Origin: Candidatus Bathyarchaeota archaeon
GTDB lineage: Archaea > Thermoproteota > Bathyarchaeia > Bathyarchaeales > Bathycorpusculaceae
DNA: 64,000 nucleotides
Direction: 5' to 3'
Assembly: GCA_963782525.1 (NCBI GenBank)
Contig: CAWAKC010000001.1
Location: 416,001-480,000 of the forward strand
Position numbers and translations under genes: made by a program. The notes beneath the pieces are model-generated. The model was not told the DNA's origin, did no database searches, and was given only the letters and a program-made list of their open reading frames with translations. Position 1 is the first letter of the stretch; every line of letters begins with the position of its first letter. Positions 43,432 through 52,792 of the stretch are shown here, piece by piece.

Positions 43432-44097
43432 ATGTACCAAGAAGCGCGGGTCATAGTAGAAGTTGTATCGGCAATCATTTGCTTCATTCTTGTAAGATAC
43501 ATGATAAAACCATATTCGTTTACAAAAGAAGGCCGCTATCTTGGTTTACCTTTGGGGTTTACTTTTCTTGGTGCATCATACATTATTTCAGCCCTTGCAT
43601 ACACCGAACTTTATCATTTCTCTGACTTCCTATGGATTCAACTACTTGTAAGGACATTCGCATTTGTGTTCCTAGCAGTGACGTATTACTTTTCTAAGAA
43701 ACCTTCAAAAAATACCCGGCAGTTATGGGATATAACTCTTAGTTTGTTAATCGTTAGTGTATTTGCTTTGTTTCTGGTGACTTTTATATTTCCGCAAATT
43801 GCGTCAGATGCATATCTTGAAAGCCAAGTGTATATTAGAGTTTTTATCGTAATTTGCCTCTCTTACATCGCTATCCATACACTTAGAGGTCACATAAAGA
43901 ATCCAGATCCAACAACAATTTGGGTTCCAATGGGTTATATTCTTCTGGCAATAAGCCAATATTCACTTTTATTCTGGTATCTTGACAATAGCTTAGCTGC
44001 CTTTACAGGTTCCTTGGTACTTCGTTTAATGGCGTTAGTAATTTTTCTGGTAGTAACCTATCTTTCATTCAAAGAAAATAAAAGGAAGGGAAAATGA
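43432..44097 (+). CDS. 7-TM membrane protein, copy 2
   Basis: Seven hydrophobic segments; IKPY..RYLGLPLGF and FAF.FLA.TYYF.KK shared with copy 1. Confidence 0.85.
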   Translation: MYQEARVIVEVVSAIICFILVRYMIKPYSFTKEGRYLGLPLGFTFLGASYIISALAYTELYHFSDFLWIQLLVRTFAFVFLAVTYYFSKKPSKNTRQLWDITLSLLIVSVFALFLVTFIFPQIASDAYLESQVYIRVFIVICLSYIAIHTLRGHIKNPDPTTIWVPMGYILLAISQYSLLFWYLDNSLAAFTGSLVLRLMALVIFLVVTYLSFKENKRKGK

Positions 44098-44372
44098 AAA
44101 AGATTTCACGGAGAGATAAACTGAAGATTTATGGCGACCTATTGTCTGTTCTTAAGGATAAAGCTAACAATGAAAACATAGTGTTAACTCAAGTTCAGGT
44201 ACGAATTAATGTGCCTTTCGATCGCTTAAAAAAATACATTTCTGAGATTAAGGAACTGGGATTAATTCAAGATGAGACCACACTTGTACTTACCGAAAAA
44301 GGCAAACAATACCTAAGTGAATACGAGAGCGTTCTCGAGTTTATGAAGCGTATGGGTATTACTTACCAATAG
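44094..44372 (+). CDS. Small ArnR1-like winged-helix protein, copy 2
   Basis: Clear paralogue of 36240..36521; ATGA overlap. Confidence 0.85.
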   Translation: MKKISRRDKLKIYGDLLSVLKDKANNENIVLTQVQVRINVPFDRLKKYISEIKELGLIQDETTLVLTEKGKQYLSEYESVLEFMKRMGITYQ

Positions 44373-44523
44373 AGAAAACATAACCAAACAGATAATCAAC
44401 ATTGTTTTTCATCATCGATGAATTTTTCAAGTTGGAGCAGAAAAAACTAAAATCACTTTTTTAATTAAAGTATATTGCCGTTCAGTCAAAGAAAAACAGT
44501 TTAGAAAAAGTAAGTTTGGTGGT

Positions 44524-44829
44524 TTATGGGAAGAATCCCATGCATCGACCATATCCAGAGGGCCCTTGATATACCGTTGTTGTGTTGGTATATGGGTTTG
44601 TTACAGTTATGTTTGATGGTAGACCTTGATCGACTAATGTTTCTGTTCCATCGTATTGCGCTCCTCTAAATCCGAAGCATCTGCCCATCCAGCCGAAAAA
44701 GCCATTGGTTGTTTCACTGTTTGCTGTTCCGTTAGGCGCTTTAGTAGCTATCTGCGCTGAAACCAATCCAACTACTACAACTGCTAATACTCCAACAATG
44801 ACCAATGCTGCTATTAGTTTGGTGTTCAT
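44524..44829 (-). CDS. Small secreted Gly-rich hypothetical protein
   Basis: GAGGTGA SD, signal peptide, GWMGRCFG and GYGRCMG repeats. Confidence 0.7.
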   Translation of the reverse strand: MNTKLIAALVIVGVLAVVVVGLVSAQIATKAPNGTANSETTNGFFGWMGRCFGFRGAQYDGTETLVDQGLPSNITVTNPYTNTTTVYQGPSGYGRCMGFFP

Positions 44830-45116
44830 GTTCTTTTTCACCTCAACATACAATAGCTCTTCGAATGGTAAGATAGTTCGCTGAAACAATTATGAAACAT
44901 TTTTTTGAAACGTTTTCTTTCATAAAAAAAGGGTTATTTTGTGTGTTTAGTCACAGACTCTTTGTTGCAAGAATGTTCCCATCTAGGAGTTATAAAGAAG
45001 CAAAGTATTTTTTGGAAGACCAAGTTAACCCAGATAAAAAGTACACTGATTGAGCAACAGAAAACCACGTTTCTGGATTGTCAGAACCCTTTTATAGTTA
45101 ACTTTTCAGAGTAATA

Positions 45117-45422
45117 TTGGTGATATTTTTGTCGAATTTTATTGTTCTAGGAAACTGGACCGAACAGGGCATAAAAAATGTCGCAGAGGTCCCGGAAAGA
45201 GTTAAGCAAAGCAGAAAAATGGTTGAAAAAGCTGGCGGAAAAATGCAGTTCTTCACAACTATGGGAAAATACGATTTTGTGCTTTTAGTTGAAATTCCCA
45301 AAGATGAAGATATGGCGGCGATTTCTTTGTGCGTAGGCAGCATGGGAAACATCCGCACCGTAACGATGAAGGCATGGACAGAAGCCGAAGTCACTAAAAT
45401 ACTCACAGCATCTCACGTTTAG
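45117..45422 (+). CDS. GYD domain protein
   Basis: WTEQGIKN, TMGKYD, GNIRTVTMKA. Confidence 0.9.
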   Translation: MVIFLSNFIVLGNWTEQGIKNVAEVPERVKQSRKMVEKAGGKMQFFTTMGKYDFVLLVEIPKDEDMAAISLCVGSMGNIRTVTMKAWTEAEVTKILTASHV

Positions 45423-46005
45423 CCTCAAAACCCGCTCAAACTTTTTCAACAACTCACTTTTTTTCGTTTATTTGAAATTGCGACTATACTCCATACTTTG
45501 TACCGGCAAAAGACCCTCAGAAATTGGCGGCTAAAAGTAATAGAAATCAAAATAATATTTCATATTTTTAATACGTTCTTATAGAGGAGGTAAACAACCC
45601 ATTTTTTCTTAATCCAAATAATTGGAAGATTGTTTTCCAATAATAGAGAAATTATGCAAAATTATTTAAACCAATTCAGTTGAATAAGTTTGGGGTTGAG
45701 GGTTGGGCAGTTGGGTTTACTAGACATTTACCCATCTTTTCTCCTAAAAGCTACCCCTCAACCTTTCTACATACAAAATAAAATGGAGAAATAAATTAAG
45801 ATTGCCCTTGCCATTTTAAAAGCTGCACAAGTATTTAGTTTGTTTTGAACCAAGAATCATTTGTTGCGTTTTATATTTTCTGAAGATAAAATTGAATCCA
45901 ACATTATTCCGCCTTTTATCAACGGATTTGATATCCCTTGATTCAGTTCAGTATCTGCAAATAACAATTTTTATATAGCAAATATTACGATACAACGCAC
46001 ACGAG

Positions 46006-46257
46006 ATGCCACGCACATTGCAGAATTTCAACCAAACATCTTTTTCTCTAGCTCTTATAGCCATGGTTCTCTTGACGTTAGGAACGGTTTCAATCTCATC
46101 AGCCGCAGATCAGACAGCTACATTGCCGCCCCGCACATTAATCGACAAATGGACAATCATAGGCATCATATCGGCATTAAGCTTGGCTGTTGCAGGGATA
46201 TTGATAGTTTCTGTCTTCTTTGTTAGGCAAAGAAAAATGCCGCCACCTCCAAAATAA
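46006..46257 (+). CDS. Small hypothetical membrane protein
   Basis: Signal-like segment, TM helix and basic/Pro tail. Confidence 0.5.
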   Translation: MPRTLQNFNQTSFSLALIAMVLLTLGTVSISSAADQTATLPPRTLIDKWTIIGIISALSLAVAGILIVSVFFVRQRKMPPPPK

Positions 46258-46504
46258 GGTGGAGCCTTCAAAAAATTGTACGATATAGAAACATATTTTA
46301 TCCAAGAAAAAAAATACGCAGTCACTCTGCAACCAAAAAAATCGATTATGCCCGCTTGGATATCTCAAAGCGATATAACCGAACAACAGATTGGAACCCA
46401 GAATCGTGCTTCTATAGTCAAATTTAAGCTTTCGCAGAATTCTTCTATATCAGTAAAAAATGCTCTTGAAAGTTCTGCAATCGAGATACTTTAAAAAATC
46501 CCAC

Positions 46505-46810
46505 CTATTCAATGGTGTACAGTGAATGCGCAGAAAAGTTCTGATTTTCGAAAGGTACCGATTTAGTAACGTGAAGGATGCCCGCATTAGGACCTGTTGT
46601 AACGTAGATGATTTCAACTTCGGGAAATTGAGTTTTTATTAATTCTTGAATTTTAAATAGATCGCTATTGGTCGCTTTAAATATAATTGCCCTGGGTTTG
46701 ATTCTTTTTGAAAAAATATCTGACTCTGAAATAACTTTTAGTGTGTTTTTCGTAGTATCTTCTACCGTGGTTGACTCTTCTATGGAAGATTCTATAATGA
46801 TTTTTTCCAC
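46505..46810 (-). CDS. Unknown small cytoplasmic protein, copy 2
   Basis: RIKPRAIIFKA..TQFPEVEIIYVTTGP..LYTIE. Confidence 0.8.
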   Translation of the reverse strand: MEKIIIESSIEESTTVEDTTKNTLKVISESDIFSKRIKPRAIIFKATNSDLFKIQELIKTQFPEVEIIYVTTGPNAGILHVTKSVPFENQNFSAHSLYTIE

Positions 46811-46886
46811 GCCCCTTCGCCCTCACACTTTTTCTTGATTCTTTTTAAAAATTAAAAAAAGGGAAATGGGTTTGATTGTATGTTTT

Positions 46887-49508
46887 TTATGGTCGTTTTC
46901 GGAGCAGTAGTAATCCGACTATTGCTATTGCAATTATTATGGCGACTGTTGAGAGGGCGATGTATGTTTCGGTGGGTGGCATCGTAAGTACTGGGTATGG
47001 GGATGGTGTAGGTGCTGAATCGGTGACTGCCATGGCGGTTTCTGCATGTGAGGCAAAGTACGAGTTGGTTCCGTAGAATGAGGTGATGATTGTGTATTTG
47101 CCTGAAATCTCTGGAGTGAACACGTAGCTGTATTGGCCGTTAATGTCGCTTGTGGTGTTGCCGATGTGTACTAAGTTGCTGTTTGGATCGATTGCATCTA
47201 TGCTGACTTGGACACCTTTTGCGTCTGTGGGTATTGGTCTTTCATGGTAGGTGTATTCCATCCATGCGGTCATGAAATCATCCGATATTGCTGGTGTTCC
47301 TTTAGCGCCTGGAGATTGATCAGTGACACTTCCTCGTATGACTGCACTGGATCCAAGTGAGAGAACTGTATCTGGAGCTGTCACGGTTGTTTCAGTTTGT
47401 CCCTTACCGAAGCAATAGATCGAATTGTCCATCTGGTCATAGTTTACGAGGTAACCATCGGCTATTGCCATGCCATTTGATAAGCTGGTGATGTTCCACA
47501 AGCCCGCTCCTGTATCAGCATCGAAGCAGTATATTGTCCAACCTCTGAGTAATGGTTGAGTGTGTGAGTGCTCGCCGGTGGTTACGTAGACTTTGTGGTC
47601 AGCGATGTATGTTTGTGCTGCGGGCCAATTGGGGTATGGACCTTCAAGTTTTCCTGGATTGAGGCTTGAGTTCCAGAGTAATTCACCTGTCTTTATGTCG
47701 TAGCAATAGAGTATACCTGCGTATCCTGCTGAGTAGATTTTGCCGTAGGCTGTTTGTCCGTTTAAGCCATACATGTCGTATTGGTCTTGGGAAGCTGAGG
47801 GACCCCAGACTTGTGCTCCTGTGTCTAAGCTGTAGCCGTACCATTGTCTGGTTTCTTTTAGTTTCATGGTAAAGATTCCAGCTTGTTCGTCAATGACTCC
47901 CATGATCATGGTGCCGTTGGTAATTGGTGCTCCATTGTAGTCTTTCTGCCACATCAGCGTTCCCATTGAACCTGGCTTCAAGCTTAATGCCCAAATGCTG
48001 TATGCGCCGACTCCGTACTGGAAGCTGGCTAATCCTTTTACGCCTATGAGTCTGTCGCTGAGGATGTTGTTGACGCTGCCTAAGTTTTTGGGCACAGTTA
48101 TGTTCCAGGAATAGCCATTGCTGCCGTCGATAGTTTCGCCTATGGGTTCTCTTAGCATCCAATAGAAAGCTTCTGCACTTTGGTAGGCTGAATATGGTAC
48201 GCCTAGGTTGTTGTTGGGGAAAGATATAGCTACTGTTGAATTCCAGAGTGCCAGCCAGCCGTTTACTTGGTCGTATACGTAGATCAGTTCTTCGCCATTC
48301 GGTCCGACTACGCGTGTTGAAGCTGCAAACTGTGCTCCACTTGACGGCACGTTAGCGATGTTACATATCCATTTACCAGTGTATGCATCATACATCTGCC
48401 ACACTGGGGAGTTTGCCGCTGCACTGAAAGAATAGACAGAGCCATTATTTCTCGTGTAGGAGTAGGTAATTGCTTTAGGCTGAGAGTAAGTTGACCATAG
48501 GTATGCGCTTGCTCCATGTTGGTTGCCAGTGTCGTATTCAAGTATTTGACCGAAGGAAAGTACAGGATACGTATAAGGTATTTCAGTAGCTCCTATGTGT
48601 GCGCCTGTTTGTGAGCCGACTTGGATGGGCCCAGTGCCATTGTTGTAGAATATTGGGTCGCCTGTCCGCAAATCAACGCAATACCAACCGTATCGTGGTG
48701 ATCTAGGTTCATTGTAGTAAAGTCTTCCGTCAATGATGATACCTGCAGTCCACATGCCTTCATAAGCGCTTCCCGTGAAGAAACTGTAATCGTCATATGG
48801 TTGTCCGACGATGCCGCCGGTAGCTGTTGGTTTTGACCATACTATATGGGCAGTGCTTGGTGCTGTTGTAGCTGTATTGAAGTTATATGAGGGAGTACCT
48901 CCGCCTAGCCAGTTGCCAGAAATCGCAGACCATTCTCTGTTGGTTGCATAAATTGGGCGTGACCAGTAATCTGTTGGAAGAGGAGTTCCTTGATATTCAG
49001 CTATGGGGTCGTGTTGTACAACGACATACACTGGATCGCTGGTGCTTGGTTGCAAAGTATCGTTAATGTACGCTCCGTAGGCTGCGGTGTAACCACCTGG
49101 GGGAGGATTAGCGCCTGCGTATTTGATCCCTGGAAATTTAGCGACAAATGTGTAAGTACCCTCTTGAGTGGGTGTGTAGTTAGTCCAGCCGCCTCCGACA
49201 GGATCAGAGGTGATTGGTCCTAAGGTCTCGGTTGTATTGTCAGGCCTTGTTATAGTTACAGTAAAGTTGAAGCGGTCACCATATTGTCCAGATGCTGTCT
49301 GCGGAAGTGTATCAAGCCAGAAGACAACTAAGGCATTCTGACCGACACCAACGGGGCTTGGAGTAACAGCGATGTAGGTCCAACTAGCTTTGTCCCATGG
49401 AGGACTATGCGCGGATGCTGTGGGCAAAGTAATGAAGGTTGTTGCGATAGATAGAATCAAAAGAAAGGCAATTGCAAAAGCAAAGGTTTTATTTTTATAG
49501 TTTTTCAT
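46887..49508 (-). CDS. PQQ-like beta-propeller surface protein, paralogue 4
   Basis: Same architecture; NQHG, GEHSH, LRKRP. Confidence 0.88.
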   Translation of the reverse strand: MKNYKNKTFAFAIAFLLILSIATTFITLPTASAHSPPWDKASWTYIAVTPSPVGVGQNALVVFWLDTLPQTASGQYGDRFNFTVTITRPDNTTETLGPITSDPVGGGWTNYTPTQEGTYTFVAKFPGIKYAGANPPPGGYTAAYGAYINDTLQPSTSDPVYVVVQHDPIAEYQGTPLPTDYWSRPIYATNREWSAISGNWLGGGTPSYNFNTATTAPSTAHIVWSKPTATGGIVGQPYDDYSFFTGSAYEGMWTAGIIIDGRLYYNEPRSPRYGWYCVDLRTGDPIFYNNGTGPIQVGSQTGAHIGATEIPYTYPVLSFGQILEYDTGNQHGASAYLWSTYSQPKAITYSYTRNNGSVYSFSAAANSPVWQMYDAYTGKWICNIANVPSSGAQFAASTRVVGPNGEELIYVYDQVNGWLALWNSTVAISFPNNNLGVPYSAYQSAEAFYWMLREPIGETIDGSNGYSWNITVPKNLGSVNNILSDRLIGVKGLASFQYGVGAYSIWALSLKPGSMGTLMWQKDYNGAPITNGTMIMGVIDEQAGIFTMKLKETRQWYGYSLDTGAQVWGPSASQDQYDMYGLNGQTAYGKIYSAGYAGILYCYDIKTGELLWNSSLNPGKLEGPYPNWPAAQTYIADHKVYVTTGEHSHTQPLLRGWTIYCFDADTGAGLWNITSLSNGMAIADGYLVNYDQMDNSIYCFGKGQTETTVTAPDTVLSLGSSAVIRGSVTDQSPGAKGTPAISDDFMTAWMEYTYHERPIPTDAKGVQVSIDAIDPNSNLVHIGNTTSDINGQYSYVFTPEISGKYTIITSFYGTNSYFASHAETAMAVTDSAPTPSPYPVLTMPPTETYIALSTVAIIIAIAIVGLLLLRKRP

Positions 49509-49799
49509 TTTTATTCTCTTTCCTTTTGTTTATGACGCCATTGAGGCGTCGAACCTCCATTATCCTATTTTTTTATTTATTAGTTTTTTGGTAGTCTTCA
49601 CATTTTGAAAAAAGAAATAAAAAAAATTCTAGCAATCAGGTCTTAAAAATAATAATATTTCCTAACATTCATAGTAATCATGGCCAAGATGATAATTTTT
49701 GAATTGTATCATCAGTTGATCGTTTATGGGCCAGATTACGAAGAAACTTTCTTTGGAAATGGTTTATCCAAAGAAGCCGCCGAGATGTGATTGCTTAAC

Positions 49800-49975
49800 T
49801 TTGGTCTTTTCTGTTGCCTTCTTCTGGCCTGGGAAAGATACCCAACCGCTCCACAGTTGTAGGCATTTTTCTGGGGCATAGCCGTGATAGTGATTGTTGA
49901 AGTACCCGTAGACCTTCTTGACTTTTCTGGCTGCTTCCTCAACCTTTGGAACCCTTGGCTCAGGTCTTCTTTGTT
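49800..49975 (-). pseudogene. C-terminal fragment of a DUF72-domain gene
   Basis: Minus frame reads KVEEAARKVKKVYGYFNNHYHGYAPEKCLQL (DUF72 C-terminal FNNH.G.A motif); no N-terminal part present. Confidence 0.7.
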
Positions 49976-50338
49976 ATAGCGGTATTAAAAAAAGGAAAAC
50001 TTATTTCATGTATCGTTAACAGATATAAACAAAAAAAGACCCTATTTCTCGTAAAGGAATACTGTATATGTGAAATTTACCAGCCGGTGGGTTTCATGTC
50101 CGCCAGCGTTTGAGCTTTAAAGATGTAGTCACCGTCAAAACTGTCTAATATTGCATCAAAAATTTCTTTATCCATCATTCTTACCTCAACGGTTTTTTAT
50201 TTGAATGAAGAGCTCTCCTTTCTCCTCAAATATCAAGCTGTATGCCTGCCTTAAGAAGGATATTTCATAAACGGGAATATGTCAAGAAAGCTCAGTCTCT
50301 ATCGATATAATCGAAAAAATCAGATAAACAGCCGCTTC

Positions 50339-50425
50339 AAGAAACAATTCTAATATTAACTAATGCTGTCCTTTATTCAAACGCGTGTGGGCCGGTCGTC
50401 TAGCTTGGTTAGAACGTTGGCTTTA
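50339..50425 (+). repeat. Duplicate of the tRNA-Val promoter and 5' half (direct repeat of 52234..52324)
   Basis: 50389-50425 matches tRNA nt 1-37 with 2 mismatches; upstream TTCTAATATTAAC..ACGCGTGT is also shared. Confidence 0.9.
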
Positions 50426-50552
50426 TGGAGTTTTAAAGATATTGACCGACTCAGCCATTGTTATCGCTTGGTCTGTTTGTATAACTCTAATCTGATATCA
50501 AAAAAGTGATTGTGGATAAGCATTTAAACTGTTTCAATAGTATGTGGATGAA

Positions 50553-50972
50553 ATGGAGTGGAATTGTAAATTGGAATTATCACTAGAAGATGCAAAGAAG
50601 ATAATAAAGGATGCAGAAGCAAAGGCAAAAGAGATTGGAGTGAAGATGAACATTGCAGTTGCAGATGTTGGAGGAAACCTTGTAGCTTTTGAAAGAATGG
50701 ACAATGCATGGATGGGTAGCATAAACATCGCCCAAAGCAAAGCTTTCACAGCAGTTGCCTTCAACATGACAACTGAAGATTTAGGCAAAGAATCTCAAGC
50801 TGGCAAATCATTGTTCGGTATACACACGACAAATAACGGAAAAATAGTGATTTTTGGCGGCGGCATCCCTCTGACAAGAAACGGCGTTTTAGTCGGTGCG
50901 ATTGGCGTGAGTGGAGGAGCTGTACCTCAAGATATAGAAGTTGCAAAAGCAGGCGCAAAAAACTTCAAGTAA
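50553..50972 (+). CDS. GlcG/HbpS (DUF336) heme-binding protein
   Basis: IAVAD.GG.LVAFERMD, KAFTA, GGGIPL, GAIGVSGG..QD. Confidence 0.92.
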   Translation: MEWNCKLELSLEDAKKIIKDAEAKAKEIGVKMNIAVADVGGNLVAFERMDNAWMGSINIAQSKAFTAVAFNMTTEDLGKESQAGKSLFGIHTTNNGKIVIFGGGIPLTRNGVLVGAIGVSGGAVPQDIEVAKAGAKNFK

Positions 50973-51009
50973 GGGGAAACCTCAAAAAATTTTCTTTTTT
51001 TAATTAAGG

Positions 51010-51791
51010 ATGATTTACGTTTTGACAGAACCTAGCCTAACTAGAAAATGTGTTGCAGAGTTTATTGGAACATTCATTTTAGTTTATGTTGGTGCAGGAG
51101 CAGCGGCAATAACAATTTTGCTCGCAAACGGAGAATCATCCAAATCCAGCTTCATGTCAAGCGGCATAGGCGCTCTTGGAGGCTTAGCCGATTGGCTCTC
51201 AATAGGCTTAGCTTTTGCTTTTGCAATCGCCGGAGCATTCTACATTTTTGGGCACATATCAGGATGCCACATTAACCCAGCCGTAACCATCGCGTTGTGG
51301 TCGGTGAAAAGGCTGCCTGGAAGAGATGTTGGTCCCTACATTATTTCTCAGATAGCAGGCGCTACAGTAGCAAGCATATCCTTTGTTGGCATTGTTGGTA
51401 CCCGTGCAGCAATGATTGGGGGAAGTGGTGCAACTGCTCTATTACCGGGCATAAGCTATTTGCAGGGACTTTTTAATGAAATAGTAATTTCGTTTATCCT
51501 TATGCTTGTCATAATGGCTTTAGCGGTTTATGAACGGGGATCAAAACCGGCTTAATCATTGGTCTAGTAGTAGCTGCGGGAATAACGACCACTGGCAACA
51601 TTTCAGGTGCCTCGTTTAACCCCGCAAGAACTTTTGGGCCTTATGTTGCAAATTCCTTGTTTGGTGGACCGAATTTTTGGATCCAGTTTCCCATTTATGT
51701 TATTGGACCGATAATTGGAGCGTTACTTGCAGCGTTTGCATATACTTTCTTGACTCAATCAAAAACAGACAAACATACACAACTTTTTTGA
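51010..51791 (+). pseudogene. MIP channel (AqpM-like aquaporin) with frameshift at ~51548
   Basis: First NPA (HINPAVT) in the tracked ORF. Second NPA (SFNPARTFGP) and the last helices lie in a shifted frame, 51549..51791. Confidence 0.88.
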
Positions 51792-52287
51792 TGTACATTT
51801 AACCATGATTCAAATCCCATTTCATTAATAGTTCGTGATTTTCACCTGAGTTAAAATAGCGTACTTGAGTGTGCGTTTTTTGGATGAGAATTCCACTTAT
51901 TTACAACTCAACAGGATTCTATCAGGAACTAACATTTCTATCGTTTCAGCGTAGGTTTTTTTAGTTTGGTTTTTTCTTTGATACTGAAGTGTTTTCAAAT
52001 CCTGAGGTTGGTAATTTGGTAAAGTGCACATAACCACAACTTTGAAGCTTTATCTAATTAGGTTTTATGAATTATTAGTTCACTCCAAAAGAAAAATGGG
52101 TAACGAATGAAATCTCTTGCAAGGCGCAGAATCAATCCCCGCCGCCTCAACATTGCCAAAAAAACCTTTTTGCAAAACCTGTATATGCTAATTCCTTTTG
52201 TTTAGGCCAAAAATTCTAATAAGTAGTCTCTCTAAGAAACAAAATTCTAATATTAACCAATGTAGTCCTTTTATCAAACACGCGTGT

Positions 52288-52365
52288 GGGCCGGTCGTCT
52301 AGCCTGGTTAGGACGTTGGCTTTACGAGCCAAAGGTCGCCGGTCCGAGTCCGGCTCGGCCCACCA
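52288..52365 (+). tRNA. tRNA-Val(UAC)
   Basis: GGGCCGG/TCGGCCC acceptor stem, TTGGC-TTTACGA-GCCAA anticodon arm, encoded CCA. T-loop is the variant TCCGAGT. Confidence 0.93.
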
Positions 52366-52408
52366 CAAATTAATAATTGACATTAACAATTAGGCTTAAA
52401 AAATTTAG

Positions 52409-52714
52409 TTATTCAACAGTGTAAAGTGGTTGTGCGGAAGGTTTCTGAGTTTTGAAGGGCATTTATTTGGTTACGCGAAGGATACTTGCTGTTGGACCGC
52501 TAGTAACATAGATGATTTCGACCTTGGGAAATTGTGTTTCTATTAATTCTTTAATTTGATGAAGGTCCTTGTCGTTTGCCTTAAGTATGATTGCTCTCGG
52601 CTTGATCTTTTTTGAACAAGCCATTTCCGAACACAGGGGAACCTCTTGAGTTTTTGACATGACTTCAAATTTGGTTACCTCACCGAAAGACGGTTCAACC
52701 TTGATTTTGTCCAT
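52409..52714 (-). pseudogene. Unknown small cytoplasmic protein, copy 3, with in-frame TAA at 52463-52465
   Basis: RVTK*MPFKTQKPSAQPLYTVE versus copy 1 RVTKSMPFETQNYPSQPLYTIE (TCA to TAA). Confidence 0.8.
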
Positions 52715-52792
52715 GGAGTTCAGCCTTTTTTCAGTGTTAATTTACAAACATTATGAAAAAAAATAAAAAGGGAATGGATTTTTTACTGATTC

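Noticed and set aside
15057-52465. Stop-codon recoding (Sec/Pyl or alternative code) suggested by in-frame stops
   Set aside because: The stops differ (TGA, TAA, TAA), align to different residues (Arg and Ser in the paralogues), and all three stop codons end normal genes in the window.
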